Shown: piece after piece, positions 31,946-42,604 of the stretch
Layout: each line of letters starts with the position of its first letter
How positions within the stretch are numbered: position 1 is the stretch's first letter
DNA from: Cyanobium sp. CZS25K
GTDB taxonomy: Bacteria > Cyanobacteriota > Cyanobacteriia > PCC-6307 > Cyanobiaceae
Length of the DNA: 64,000 nt
Direction of reading: 5' to 3'
NCBI GenBank assembly: GCA_030373325.1
Contig: JAUCZB010000003.1
Location: 60,661 to 124,660 of the forward strand
Made by a program: the position numbers and the translations under genes
Notes under the pieces: model-generated
Seen by the model: only the letters and a program-made list of their open reading frames with translations
The model's database searches: none
Told to the model about the DNA's origin: nothing

Positions 31946-32713
31946 ATGGGCGATCGACCGGTGCGGGTAGTGGCTGCCGCCTGCGACGGGGCTTGCCGTG
32001 GCAATCCGGGCCCGGGGGGCTGGGGGGCCCTGCTGCGTTTTGATGACGGCTCCCTCCGGGAGCTGGGGGGGGCGGCACCGGTCACCACGAACAACCGCAT
32101 GGAGCTCACCGCCGCCCTGGCGGTGCTGGAGGCGCTGAGGGAGCTGCCCCGCCATCCCGATCTGGTGCTCCGGACCGACAGTCGCTACCTGATCGACGGT
32201 CTCCAGAAGTGGATGGCCGGCTGGAAGCGCAAGGGTTGGCGCACCGCTTCAGGCGGTGCCGTGCTCAACCGCGATCTCTGGGAGCAGCTGGATGCGGCCA
32301 GGCTGCCGGGGCTGGCCCTGCGCCATGTGCGCGGCCACAGCGGTGATCCCGACAACGACCGCTGCGATGCGATCGCCGTCGCCTTCTCCCGTGGCCAGTC
32401 ACCGACCCTGGCGGTGGAAAGCCAGCCCCCCGCAGCGGCGTCTGTTGCTGAGGCCACGGCCGCTCCCGAACCGGTGGATGGGGCCCCCCGCTCACTCCAG
32501 CAGCTCCTCTCCAGGATGGAGCTGGCCGATCGGCTCGCTGCGGGCGGCTACAGCCTGCGCGCCGTGGAACTGGCCAGGCTGCTGGAGGTGCCCACCGCCA
32601 CCCTCGAGGGGAAAGCGGATCCCTGGCTCTGGCGGGACTGGCTCGTGAGGCCGCTGGGCAACGGGTGCTGGCGTCTGGAGCGTGGCGCGGGAGGATTGGA
32701 CAGGCCGCAGTGA
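31946..32713 (+). CDS. rnhA: Ribonuclease HI with C-terminal extension
   Basis: '[14 protein letters not shown]', 'TTNNRMEL', 'TDSRY', 'GHSG...NDRCD'. Confidence 0.95.
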   Translation: MGDRPVRVVAAACDGACRGNPGPGGWGALLRFDDGSLRELGGAAPVTTNNRMELTAALAVLEALRELPRHPDLVLRTDSRYLIDGLQKWMAGWKRKGWRTASGGAVLNRDLWEQLDAARLPGLALRHVRGHSGDPDNDRCDAIAVAFSRGQSPTLAVESQPPAAASVAEATAAPEPVDGAPRSLQQLLSRMELADRLAAGGYSLRAVELARLLEVPTATLEGKADPWLWRDWLVRPLGNGCWRLERGAGGLDRPQ

Positions 32714-32724
32714 GGAGAGACGGG

Positions 32725-33912
32725 ATGCCGCAGGAGCAATCGACCGGCGGCGGCCAGGTGGGGACCGGCGCCCTCTACGCGCGGTTCGTCGAGCCCCTGC
32801 TGCGCCGTGATGACGGCGCCGATGCCGAACAGCTGAGCCGCCTGACCCTCCTGGCCCTGGGCCAGGCCGCCCTGCGCCGCCACTGGCCCCTGGTGAGCGG
32901 CAGCCTGGCGGGCCTTGGGGCGGAGCTGCAGCGGCGCGATCCCCGCCTGGAGCAGACCCTGTTCGGCTGTCGCTTTGTCAACCCGGTGGGTCTGGCTGCG
33001 GGCTTCGACAAGAACGGCGTGGCGGCCGCCATCTGGCATCTGTTCGGGTTCGGTTTCGCCGAACTGGGCACCATCACCTGGCAGCCCCAGCAGGGCAATC
33101 CCAGGCCCAGGCTGTTCCGGCTGGCCGAGGAGCGGGCGGCGCTCAACCGCATGGGCTTCAACAACGATGGCGCCAGGGGCGTGCGCCGGACCCTGGAACG
33201 CCAGCTGATGCCCCCGCCCGGGCAACGTCCCGCGGTGCTCGGCATCAATCTGGGCAAATCGAAGGCGGTGTCACTGGAGATGGCTCCGGACGATTACGCG
33301 GCCTCCCTGGAGCTGCTGGCTCCCCTGGCCGACTATGCCGTCGTCAATGTCAGCTCCCCCAACACACCGGGGCTGCGGGACCTGCAGGAGGAGGCCCAGC
33401 TCCGGCGCCTGGTGGAGCGGCTGCGGCGCCTGCCGGCCTGCCCTCCCCTGCTGGTCAAGATCGCCCCCGATCTGGAGGACGACGCGATCGACACGATCGC
33501 CCGGCTGGCCTACGAGGAGGGTCTCGCCGGTGTGATCGCGGTGAACACATCGGTGCACCGGCTCGGGCTGGAGGGACGTCGTCTGGCGGCCTCGGGTCTG
33601 ACCCTCGCCGAGGAGACCGGAGGCCTGAGCGGCCGGCCCCTGCGGCGGCGGGCCGTTGAGGTGTTGAGGAGGCTGCGGGCCACCGCGGGCCCGGCTTTGC
33701 CACTGATCGGTGTGGGCGGCATCGACTCGGCGCAGGCCGCCTGGGAGCGGATCAGTGCAGGAGCCTCCCTGATTCAGATCTACACCGGTTGGATCTACGA
33801 AGGGCCTGCACTTGTGCCCTCGATTCTGGAGGGATTGACCCGCCAGCTCGACGTCCATGGATGCCGGACGCTTTCTGAGGTTGTAGGTTCGGGGATGCCC
33901 TGGCGCCCATGA
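32725..33912 (+). CDS. pyrD: Quinone-dependent dihydroorotate dehydrogenase
   Basis: '[12 protein letters not shown]', 'NRMGFNN', '[11 protein letters not shown]', 'KIAPD', 'GGLSG'. Confidence 0.96.
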   Translation: MPQEQSTGGGQVGTGALYARFVEPLLRRDDGADAEQLSRLTLLALGQAALRRHWPLVSGSLAGLGAELQRRDPRLEQTLFGCRFVNPVGLAAGFDKNGVAAAIWHLFGFGFAELGTITWQPQQGNPRPRLFRLAEERAALNRMGFNNDGARGVRRTLERQLMPPPGQRPAVLGINLGKSKAVSLEMAPDDYAASLELLAPLADYAVVNVSSPNTPGLRDLQEEAQLRRLVERLRRLPACPPLLVKIAPDLEDDAIDTIARLAYEEGLAGVIAVNTSVHRLGLEGRRLAASGLTLAEETGGLSGRPLRRRAVEVLRRLRATAGPALPLIGVGGIDSAQAAWERISAGASLIQIYTGWIYEGPALVPSILEGLTRQLDVHGCRTLSEVVGSGMPWRP

Positions 33913-33945
33913 TTCGGTAGCTTTCGGACGCACCGGATCGCAGCG

Positions 33946-34848
33946 TTGGCTTTTTCTGGCCTGATCGGCTTGAAGGATGATCTGGACGATCGTCTGCGGC
34001 CGATCCGCGCGCAGCTCTTTCCCCGTCAACTGTTGCTGGAGCTGCAGGATGACAGCATGAAGGGACAGGTGCTCAAGGATGGCGGCCCGGAGCCCGTGAG
34101 CATCGATCTGCCCCTGCCTCCCCTCACCTGTCGGGATGGCCAGCCCCTGGAGAAGGAGCCACTCGGGGATCTGATCGGTGATCTCCTGGTGCGCGACGGC
34201 CTGCTGGATGCCGTCGTCCTGGCCTCCCTGCCTGAGGGGGCAGCGGAATGGCGCGTCATCGACTGGCCCTTTGAGGCGATCCCCGACGACCCCATCGAAG
34301 CGTTGCGGACGATCGATCCGCCCCTCCGCTTCGCGGTCCCCCTGGCGGAGGCCACCATCGATCTGCGGCCCCTGCCGGGGTCCGCCGCCCGCATGTTGCT
34401 GGCCGTGGCCTCCAGGAAGCTGGTCGAGGACTGGATCGACGTGTTCAACCTGGCCGGTGTCCAGCTCGAGCGGCTGTCCCCGGCCCCGTCCTGCCGGCTG
34501 GCGGCGCTGAACACCCTGCTGGCGCTGGCGCCCGAGGACGAACTGACCCTGTTGATCCATCCGCTCCCGGCGGGGGGCCGGCTGCTTCTGCTGCGTCGGG
34601 CCGAGCCGGTGTTCGACTGGCCCCTGCCCCAGGAGGATGACAAACTCGTTGCGGAAGTGAACCGCTGCGTGGCCTTCTACCGCCGCCGAGATCCTTCCGT
34701 CCGTCGTCTTCGCCTCTTGCTCAGCGCGCCTCTCTCCTGCCAGGACAGCCTCCAGGATGCCCTGGGGGTACGGGCCGAAATCCTCACCCCTGAGCCCTTC
34801 GGGTCCCTGGTGCTTCAGGGTCTGGCGACGGTGGAGCCGGCCCGATGA
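33946..34848 (+). CDS. PilM-like type IV pilus assembly protein (divergent)
   Basis: First gene of an overlapping operon with PilN, PilO and a secretin; 'PLRFAVPLAEATID' and 'EVNRCVAFYR' resemble PilM. Confidence 0.65.
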   Translation: MAFSGLIGLKDDLDDRLRPIRAQLFPRQLLLELQDDSMKGQVLKDGGPEPVSIDLPLPPLTCRDGQPLEKEPLGDLIGDLLVRDGLLDAVVLASLPEGAAEWRVIDWPFEAIPDDPIEALRTIDPPLRFAVPLAEATIDLRPLPGSAARMLLAVASRKLVEDWIDVFNLAGVQLERLSPAPSCRLAALNTLLALAPEDELTLLIHPLPAGGRLLLLRRAEPVFDWPLPQEDDKLVAEVNRCVAFYRRRDPSVRRLRLLLSAPLSCQDSLQDALGVRAEILTPEPFGSLVLQGLATVEPAR

Positions 34849-35555
34849 GGGCACCCATCCTCGATCTGCTGCGGGAGCGGCGCAAGCAGCTCGGCCAGCA
34901 GAGCATGGTCTCGGCGCTGGTGGATCGACGCCCCCTGCTGCTCAGAGGTGCCCTGATCGGAGCGGTCGTCCTGGGGGCGGCGGTGGGCACCACGCTCCTC
35001 GTGTTCCTCCGCCACCAGTTCGTCAAGATCCAGACCGCCCAGCTCACCCGCTTCGAAGCCGAGTCGAGCCAGATTCAGACCGAGATGGCGGCCAGCAAGG
35101 CGAAACTCGATCAGCTCACCGCCACCAATCGCAGCCTCACCGAAGGCCTCACCACCCTGCGCACCTCCTCGGCCCTCCTGGCCGACCTGCAGCTGCGTAC
35201 CCCCGAGGGCGTTCAGATCCAGAGTGTGGCAGCCGAGGACAAGAATCTGGTGCTCAAGGGACGGGCCCTTGATCCGCTGGCCTTTGCCCGTATCAACGCC
35301 CTGCAGCTGGAGCTGGGTCGCTCCCCGCTCCTGGAGGCCAAGGGGGTGACCCTCGTCAAGCTGGAGCGGGTCCCGCCGAGCAACGCCAGTCCAGGCAAGG
35401 CCGCGGCGGCGATCCCCGCGGTGGTCCGGTTCGAGCTGACCGGACCGTTCGCCAGCCTTTCTCCCGCCCGTCAGCTGAGCGTCATGCAACAACTCGGATC
35501 CGAGGGGATGGCGCGCCGTCTTCAACTGCTCCAGACGGAGGGCCTCATCCCATGA
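34845..35555 (+). CDS. pilN: PilN-family protein
   Basis: 'DLLRER' N-terminus, TM, coiled coil, 'SALLADL..RTPEGVQI', 'INAL.L.L..SPL'. Confidence 0.8.
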   Translation: MRAPILDLLRERRKQLGQQSMVSALVDRRPLLLRGALIGAVVLGAAVGTTLLVFLRHQFVKIQTAQLTRFEAESSQIQTEMAASKAKLDQLTATNRSLTEGLTTLRTSSALLADLQLRTPEGVQIQSVAAEDKNLVLKGRALDPLAFARINALQLELGRSPLLEAKGVTLVKLERVPPSNASPGKAAAAIPAVVRFELTGPFASLSPARQLSVMQQLGSEGMARRLQLLQTEGLIP

Positions 35556-36307
35556 CGAACCTTCAGGCTGGGTCCAAAAGGCTTCCCGTCGCCACCCTGC
35601 GCCTCCTCTGGCTGATGCTCCCGGCGGCCGTGCTCGGCGGGCTGGGCCTGCTGGTGATCCTGGCCGGCCTGCTGCCCCTCTGGGCCTCGCTGCAGCGCGA
35701 CAGCCAGCGCCTGCAGGAGCTGGAGCAGTTGCGTGATCAGGTGGCGCTGATGCGGGGGCAGCTGGTGGCCACCCAGGAGAACACCGAGGCGGCCATGGCC
35801 AGCAAGGCCAAGATCGAGCGCCTGATCACGGGCAACGGCGACCTCTCCACCTTTCTGGCCATGCTCGACCGTGAGGCCGAGGCTTCCGCCGTTCAGCTGA
35901 CGCTGTTCGAGCCCACCCAGGCCGCCGCCCCCCCCACCAAGGCGCCCGCCGCTCCTGCGGCAGGGACCCCTCCCGCCGGGACGCCCCCTGGCGCGGGTGC
36001 CGCTGCGACCGACCCCCTGGCCCTGCAGGGGCTCACCCAGCGCACCCTGCTGGTATCGGCCAGAGGGTCGTTTCCTTCGCTCCTCGCCTTTCTGCGGCGC
36101 CTGGAAGCGCTCAACGTGCTGGTGGTGCAGAGCGATCTCAACCTCACGCTCCCTGACGATGGACCCTCCGACGGTACAAAGTCCCAACCCCGTGCCCAGG
36201 AGGTGGTGATGAAGCTCACCCTCGGTCTCTACAGCCGCACCAAAGCCCCAGCCGCGGCGCCAGCCACACCCGCCCCCGCTCCAACACCCCCTGCCCCTTC
36301 CCGCTGA
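35552..36307 (+). CDS. pilO: PilO/GspM-like protein
   Basis: TM, coiled coil, 'GSFPSLLAFLRRLEALNVLV'. Confidence 0.75.
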   Translation: MTNLQAGSKRLPVATLRLLWLMLPAAVLGGLGLLVILAGLLPLWASLQRDSQRLQELEQLRDQVALMRGQLVATQENTEAAMASKAKIERLITGNGDLSTFLAMLDREAEASAVQLTLFEPTQAAAPPTKAPAAPAAGTPPAGTPPGAGAAATDPLALQGLTQRTLLVSARGSFPSLLAFLRRLEALNVLVVQSDLNLTLPDDGPSDGTKSQPRAQEVVMKLTLGLYSRTKAPAAAPATPAPAPTPPAPSR

Positions 36308-36309
36308 CC

Positions 36310-38941
36310 ATGCCGATGCAACCGGATCCGGCAACTGGCAATGCCACACAATCGCCGATACCATTCGACCGATTCGGAGATCAACGGAACGTGGCAAAAC
36401 GTCCGTGGCGGCGCGTTCTTTCTGCCTCTCTCGGCGCGGCGATCCTCCAACCGGCGATGGGAGTCGCCGCCGTCTCCGCAGCGATCGTTCCACCTCCTTC
36501 CACCGAGGGCTCCGGCCTAAGGCTGTCCGACGTGGCCCAGGCCAGCGGCTCCCTGGATATCAAGCTGCGGCGCATGCCGGATTCGGTGGAGGTGGTGATC
36601 GAGGGCACCGGCCCTTCGCCTGTGCTGCAGCAGACCACCCAGGGCGCCATCTGGCTGGGCCGGCTGCAGACGGCCTCGCCGACGGCCCTGCGGCGCGGTC
36701 CGGTGCAGCTGTCCCTCCCCGAGGCTGGGCTGCAGAGCATCACGTTCGACGGCTCAGGCAACCTCTTCGAACTGAGGGTCTCCCCCACCCCGGGCTTTCC
36801 CCTCGGCCGGCCCGTGGTCAGCGCCGACGGCCGCAGCCTGATCCTCACCTTCAACGCCCCGGCGCTGAGCACCCTCCAGACCCTCACCCCCAACGTCACC
36901 ACCCCGGGCAGGGTTCCCCAGCCTGGCTTCATCCCGCCTCTGCAGCCGCGGGCCGTGGCCCCACCGCTGGGGGACATGGCCGTGGGGTCCATGACCATCA
37001 GCAATCCCAGCTATGTGAATGTGAGCGGCCCGCCGGTCACCATGACCCTGCGCAACGCCCCCGCCAAGGACGTGCTGATGGCCCTCAGTCAGCTGGGCGG
37101 TTATGGGTTCGTCTACGTGGATGAACCCAGTGCTGCCGCCACCACCACAGCGGCCGCGGGCATGCGGCCGATCTCGATCTCCTTCCGCCGCGAAAGCTAT
37201 GGCCGGGCGATCAACTCGGCGCTCCTGGCCGCCGGCCTGCAGGGCAAGCGCGACGGCAACACGATCTTCGCTGGCCCCAACGTGCTGGCCAAGAGTTTCG
37301 GGGCCCAGCTCTCGAAGGTGTACCGGCTGAACCAGGTGCCACCGAACGCAGCAGCCGACTACCTGGCCAACCTGGGGGCCCAGGTCACCAAGACCAACAC
37401 GATCACCACCGCCGTCTCTGAGGGCGTCGCTGCCACCGCCGCCCCCGCCGGCAGCCCCACGGCCTCCACCACCACCGCCAGCACCACCACCACGGTGGAG
37501 TCCTTCGGGGCCACGAACGGCCCCCTCATCGGCCTGCGGGCCACCACCGACACCCGGCTGGGCACCATCACCCTGGTGGGCGCACCGGGGCTGGTGACCA
37601 TCGCCGAGCAATATCTCAAGCAGCTGGATCTGCGTCAGCGGCAGGTGGCTCTTGCGGTGAAGATCCTGGATGTGAACCTGGAGAACGACTATGAGATCAA
37701 CAATAGTTTTGCCTTCCGCTGGGGAAACAATTTCATTGTCAATGATAATGGCCAGCTGCTTGGAGCATTTGGCAGAAACCTACCCGCTACGGCTGATAAC
37801 TTTGCCGATAGAGAGGCACTCACTCGATCAAGTAATCTCAACAATTCCCAATCGGGCACTTTCGGCGGTTCTTCTCTTGGGCAGCTAAGTCTTAGCTCTG
37901 CCGAGACAGGTAACTTGACTTTGAATCAGCTTTCCTCTATTAATTCGAATCTTATTCGGGAAACGGGCTATGAGCTCTTGCCAAGTGGCGCGCTGAGACT
38001 CATTGACTCTGAACTCAGTCGTTCAACGAATGATGTAACGGGCAGAATCGAGCGGGCTTTGTCTAGCTCTCTAGGGCGCAATATTAGCCTTCAGGAAAAC
38101 TCTAATCGCTCATTTTCTTCGTCCTTTAGCTCTTCTGATTCTTCATCTTCTAACTACTCTGGATCTCGGAGGCCCAATCCTGGGCTTAACTACCCTGATA
38201 ACAGTTTTTTTTGACTTCGTACGTGCCCAGATCGTTTCTCGAAATACCAAGTTAATCGCCAGTCCTACCATTATTTTACAGGAAAATGCTTCGTTTTTAC
38301 GTGAGACTGGCAGCGGTGGATCTAGTTCAAGTAACAGTAACACTGATAGCCCGGGAGGGCTGGATCAATATACGATAGATTCTCCTATTGGCCGCCGCCG
38401 CGCAAATGAGGCCGTGGTCCGTGTAGGTACAAATGTAATCACCGAATATGAAACCAATTCTTCTTCTAACACAGGGGCGGCGAGTAATGTCATTACCTGT
38501 ACACCGACTCTGTCCACGGCAGGCTTGGTATTGGGAGCCAGGGTCGAGAAGATCGACGACAATGGTTTTGTTACATTTTCACTTTCGCCTAGCGTTTCTG
38601 CCGTCACCGACAGGCTGCCAGTTACGGGTTGCGGCTTTATTGATATCTTAAGTATTCGTCGCCTCGATACAGGTGCCTTGCGGGTGCGCGACGGTCAGAC
38701 TTTGATCCTCACTGGTGTGATCTCCGACTTCGACGTGGCTGAGGTTTCCAAATGGCCAATCTTGGGGGATCTTCCCTTCATCGGCCAATTCTTCCGTGCC
38801 TCCGCCAACAACCGAGAGAAGCGTGAGCTCGTGATCATGGTGACTCCCCGCATCATCAATGACACCGAAGGTGGAACCTACGGTTACGGCTATCAGCCCT
38901 CCACACCGGCCTCACGTGCCTTCCTGGGCGGTACGCCCTAG
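36310..38941 (+). pseudogene. pilQ: PilQ-type secretin, interrupted by a +1 frameshift in T8 (38205-38212)
   Basis: N-domains and 'QLDLRQRQVAL.VKILDV' in frame 1; removing one T gives 'FFDFVRAQIVSRNTKLIASPT' open to 'VRDGQTLILTG..KWPILGDLPFIGQFFR..ELVIMVTPRII' (876 aa in total). Confidence 0.9.
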
Positions 38942-38980
38942 TGCACCCCATGACCCCCTGATATTGGAGGAAACCCCTGA

Positions 38981-39829
38981 TCAGAACGCGAGAGGCAGCA
39001 GAAATTTCAGGGCAAGAGGGGCGATCGACTGGGCAAATCCAGCGGCTCCGCTGAGCATCTGCCCTCCCATTCCTTTGCCCTCATTCGCTTTCTTGCCCGG
39101 TTTCCCTAAGGCAGCGGCCACGGCGGTGAGCTGCTTCGCCTGCGCCTCCTCGCCAGCCTGGCCGTAGAGGACGGCGGCGTAGTTGATGTCCTGGGCGGCC
39201 AGCTCGGTCTTGCCCTGTTCCGTGCGGCTCAGGCCCCGGGCCACCCAGCTGATCGCTGCTTCGGGCTGCAGGCGGATCGCCTCGGAAAACAGCTGCTCCG
39301 CCTGGGGATGGCGGCCTTCCATGGCCGCGGTGACCCCTGCGTTGTGCAGTTCGGGGTAGCTCAACACCTCGGGGCCCACGCCGCGGGCGTCCTGCCAGTG
39401 GCTGCGGGCGAGCCCGCCGGCATCGAGCTGGGCGCCGCTGAGATCGCTGTGGCGCAGGTCGGTGCCCTCCAGCCTGGCGCCCCGCAGATCCGCACCCCGC
39501 AGGGACGCGCCCTGGAGGCTGGTGAAGCTGAGATCGGCCCCTTCCAGGCGTGCCCCGTCCAGGCGGGCCTGGCCCAGGTTGGCCCGCTGGAGTTTGGCGC
39601 CCCGCAGGTCCGCGTCCCGCAGGTCGGCATGGACCAGATCGGCATCCTGCAGCTTGCAGCCGGGACAGTTCCGCTGATTCAGCAGCCGGATCAGATCGTC
39701 GTCGCTGCTCGCCCGCCCAGGCCCTGGCAGCAGCAGGGCCAGAGTCGCTGAGCAGGCGACCAGCAGGCCTCTGAGCTGGCCCCAGCGTGGCCTGCACCCG
39801 TGAGAGGCGAACCCGTGGACGCTGGTCAT
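38981..39829 (-). CDS. Secreted pentapeptide-repeat protein with TPR-like C-terminus
   Basis: Signal peptide, CPGC motif, A(D/N)LXX repeats, TPR-like helices. Confidence 0.88.
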   Translation of the reverse strand: MTSVHGFASHGCRPRWGQLRGLLVACSATLALLLPGPGRASSDDDLIRLLNQRNCPGCKLQDADLVHADLRDADLRGAKLQRANLGQARLDGARLEGADLSFTSLQGASLRGADLRGARLEGTDLRHSDLSGAQLDAGGLARSHWQDARGVGPEVLSYPELHNAGVTAAMEGRHPQAEQLFSEAIRLQPEAAISWVARGLSRTEQGKTELAAQDINYAAVLYGQAGEEAQAKQLTAVAAALGKPGKKANEGKGMGGQMLSGAAGFAQSIAPLALKFLLPLAF

Positions 39830-39839
39830 GGTCGCCTGT

Positions 39840-41696
39840 TCAGCGGTCAACCCGTTGTACCGCTTCCTTGGACTGGATGCCGGTGTTCAGGGAACGGCGC
39901 AGCACCCGTCCCAGCCGTTGCGCCTCGCGCCGTCCGCTCCGGCTGGGGGTGCTGGCGAAGCGTTGCCCCTGGTACTGCTCCACGAAGTCGCCCAGGGGAC
40001 CGGCCAGTTCAGGCCAGCGGCGCGTCAGCCGTTGCGCGAAGCCGGCCAGGGTTTCCCCCGCCTGGGGCGCCATGCCCTGCCGGGCGAAGGCCCGCAGGGT
40101 CCGCTCCAGCTCCAGGCGCAGGGGATCGCCGCTGCGGCGGCGGCCCAGCCAGCCCAGGCCCCCCAGGCTGGCGGCCAGGCTGATGGCCACCGCCAGCAGC
40201 ACCACCAGTCCGAGCAGGTGCCGCTGTTTGCCCAGCAGCCGGGCCACCAGGGCCTGCTGCTGCTCGCTGTCATACCCCAGCCACCAGCGGGCCCAGGCGA
40301 TGTCGAGGCCCCACCATTGCTGCTGCAGCCAGTCCCACGGGCCGCCGGCGCCGGCAAGGCTGCCGGCCCCCGCCGTCGCGCTGGCCAGGGGGTCTCCGTC
40401 CGCCCAGGCGGTGGGATCGACCCGCCGCCAGCCTTCCCCCTGCAGCCACACCTCGCTCCAGGCGTGGGCATCGGCCTGGCGCAGGTCGATGTAGCCGGTG
40501 CCGCCCACGGGTTGCACCCACTGCCCGCCGCGGTAACCGCTCACCACCCGCGCCGGCACCCCCGCGGCCCGCATCAGGGTCGTGAAGGCACTGGCGTAGT
40601 GACCGCAGAAGCCGAGCCGGGTCTCGAACAGGAAATGGTCGAGGGGCGCCTGGCGGGGCAGGGCCCCGGGCTCGAGGCTGTAGCGGAAGGGCTGGGCGCG
40701 GAACCAGCTGCCGGCGGCGTTCAGCCGCTCCCGCTCGCTGCCGAGACGCCGCCATTCGCCGGCCAGGGCCTCCAGCTTCGGGTTCTCCCCCCGGGGCAGG
40801 AGCAGATCGCTGGGGCCGGGGGGCACGCTGCGCCAGTCCCCAGGCTCCGCCGTCCGGGTGAGGGCATAGACGCGCCGCTGACTGCCCGGGGCCCGGTTCA
40901 GCAGTTCGCCGCTGCGCTGCAGGTTCAGGTCGGCGGAAAGGGGCCTGCCGGCACCGCTCCAGGGGACCGTCGACAGGCCGCTGGGCTCGGTCAGCCAGAG
41001 CTGGATCCCTTCGCCCGGGGCGGGGGGCGGCGGCGCCGGGGTGGGCTGGCCGGCCGCAGGTCGGGCGAACGGCGGTTCGGCGCTGCGCCAGCTGCGGCCA
41101 TCGAAGCGTTCATGCACCAGCACCCGCCAGTAGCGCTGCTCCAGGGGTGGCGGCCCACCGCCGAGGGGGAAGGCGACCCGGGCCGCAGCCTCGCGGCTGA
41201 CGGAGAGCTTGGCGATGGAGCCCGGCTCCATGCTGTCGCTGAGGCCGGTGACGGCCCCCATGCCGTGGCCGGTGCCGAGGTTGCTGAAGGGCGTCAGCCG
41301 GGGCAGCAGCAGGAACAGCACCAGGGCGATCGGCAGGGCCGCCAGCAACACCTGCAGGCTGCGGCGCAGCAGGGCCTTCCAGTCGGGACCCGCCCCCAGT
41401 TCCAGGGCCAGCAGGCCGGCCAGGGCCATCAGGATGGCCAGGCCCTGGAGCAGGCTCGGGCCCAGCTCGGGCCGCAGGGCCGCCAGCAGCCCGGCACAGA
41501 CCAGCTGCAGCAGGGCCACCACCCGCCGTTCCTCGATCCGGCGCGCTTCCCGCAGCTTGAGGGCCGTCAGAACAGCCAGGCCGAAGGCCAGCAGGCTCAG
41601 GGAGAGGGCCGGCGACAGGCCCAGCAGACCCACCGCCAGCAACCCCATGGTGAGCCACTGCAGGGGGGCGGCGGCGCGGCTCATCGGGGGGCTCAT
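39840..41696 (-). CDS. TgpA-like transglutaminase (DUF3488 + transglutaminase core)
   Basis: N-terminal TMs; catalytic 'GFCGHYASAF', 'AHAWSEVW', 'VDPT'. Confidence 0.9.
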   Translation of the reverse strand: MSPPMSRAAAPLQWLTMGLLAVGLLGLSPALSLSLLAFGLAVLTALKLREARRIEERRVVALLQLVCAGLLAALRPELGPSLLQGLAILMALAGLLALELGAGPDWKALLRRSLQVLLAALPIALVLFLLLPRLTPFSNLGTGHGMGAVTGLSDSMEPGSIAKLSVSREAAARVAFPLGGGPPPLEQRYWRVLVHERFDGRSWRSAEPPFARPAAGQPTPAPPPPAPGEGIQLWLTEPSGLSTVPWSGAGRPLSADLNLQRSGELLNRAPGSQRRVYALTRTAEPGDWRSVPPGPSDLLLPRGENPKLEALAGEWRRLGSERERLNAAGSWFRAQPFRYSLEPGALPRQAPLDHFLFETRLGFCGHYASAFTTLMRAAGVPARVVSGYRGGQWVQPVGGTGYIDLRQADAHAWSEVWLQGEGWRRVDPTAWADGDPLASATAGAGSLAGAGGPWDWLQQQWWGLDIAWARWWLGYDSEQQQALVARLLGKQRHLLGLVVLLAVAISLAASLGGLGWLGRRRSGDPLRLELERTLRAFARQGMAPQAGETLAGFAQRLTRRWPELAGPLGDFVEQYQGQRFASTPSRSGRREAQRLGRVLRRSLNTGIQSKEAVQRVDR

Positions 41697-42604
41697 CGGC
41701 ACGTGGCCAGGGCCGCCAGGCACTGGTCGCGGTGCAGCACGCCTCTGCCGGCCGCGATGGTCTGGCCGGGCAGCACCAGGCCGTAGCTGAGGCCCCGGCC
41801 GTGGTAGCTCCAGATGCGCTCGCTGAGGTGTTCGAGGGCCTGCTCCAGGGGCAGGCCCGGTTCCGGCGCCAGCAGGGGGGGCGCCTCGGGGCGATCCAGG
41901 AACCGCTTGGCGTACTCCCCCCGCCCCTGCGCCAGCAGCTTCCAGGCCAGTCGGCTGGGGCTGTCCTGGGGGCGATGGGGGGCCAGGTCGCGCCAGTCCT
42001 CGCTGCCGTCATGGCGGCTGGCGACGGACGGTGCACCGGCCACCGGCGCGGTGGCAACGGCCAGCAGCCGCACCGGTCCGGCCCGCCGGGCCGGGTAGAT
42101 CAACTGGGCCGCCGCCGGGTACCAGCGGGACCAGCAGCAGAACAGCCCCAGGGGCGCCGTGGTCTGCACCCGCAGCAGCCCCGGCCGCTGCCAGCCCCGT
42201 CCGGGCGGGGTCCAGGCCACGGCCAGTTCATGGTCCCCCGGCGGCAGGGACAGCGGTGCCCCGGCCTGCTCGCCCCCCAGCCGCAGGCGCACACCTTCGC
42301 TGCGGCCGGGGCAGCGCACCTGGATCGGATAGGGGACGGGATCCCCCGCAAACCCCGGCGCCGGTGCGCCGCAGCCCAGCTCCACGCCCTGCAGGTTGAA
42401 GTGGGTGAGATGCAGGGCGAGCAGGAACAGGCTCAGCATCAGGAAGCTCAGCAGCAGCGTGCCATTGCTCTGCATCTGGATGCCGACCACCTGCATCAGC
42501 ACGGTGCCCGCCAGCCACAGCCAGCCGAAGCGCGTCGGCAGGATGTAAAGGCTGCGCATCTGCAGCCGCACCCGTTCGCCCTGCTGGGGTCTACCGAAGT
42601 CCAT
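41693..42604 (-). CDS. DUF58-family protein
   Basis: 'LYILPTRFG', 'PLGLF..W', 'LAWK..A'; lies between MoxR and the transglutaminase. Confidence 0.85.
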   Translation of the reverse strand: MDFGRPQQGERVRLQMRSLYILPTRFGWLWLAGTVLMQVVGIQMQSNGTLLLSFLMLSLFLLALHLTHFNLQGVELGCGAPAPGFAGDPVPYPIQVRCPGRSEGVRLRLGGEQAGAPLSLPPGDHELAVAWTPPGRGWQRPGLLRVQTTAPLGLFCCWSRWYPAAAQLIYPARRAGPVRLLAVATAPVAGAPSVASRHDGSEDWRDLAPHRPQDSPSRLAWKLLAQGRGEYAKRFLDRPEAPPLLAPEPGLPLEQALEHLSERIWSYHGRGLSYGLVLPGQTIAAGRGVLHRDQCLAALATCR

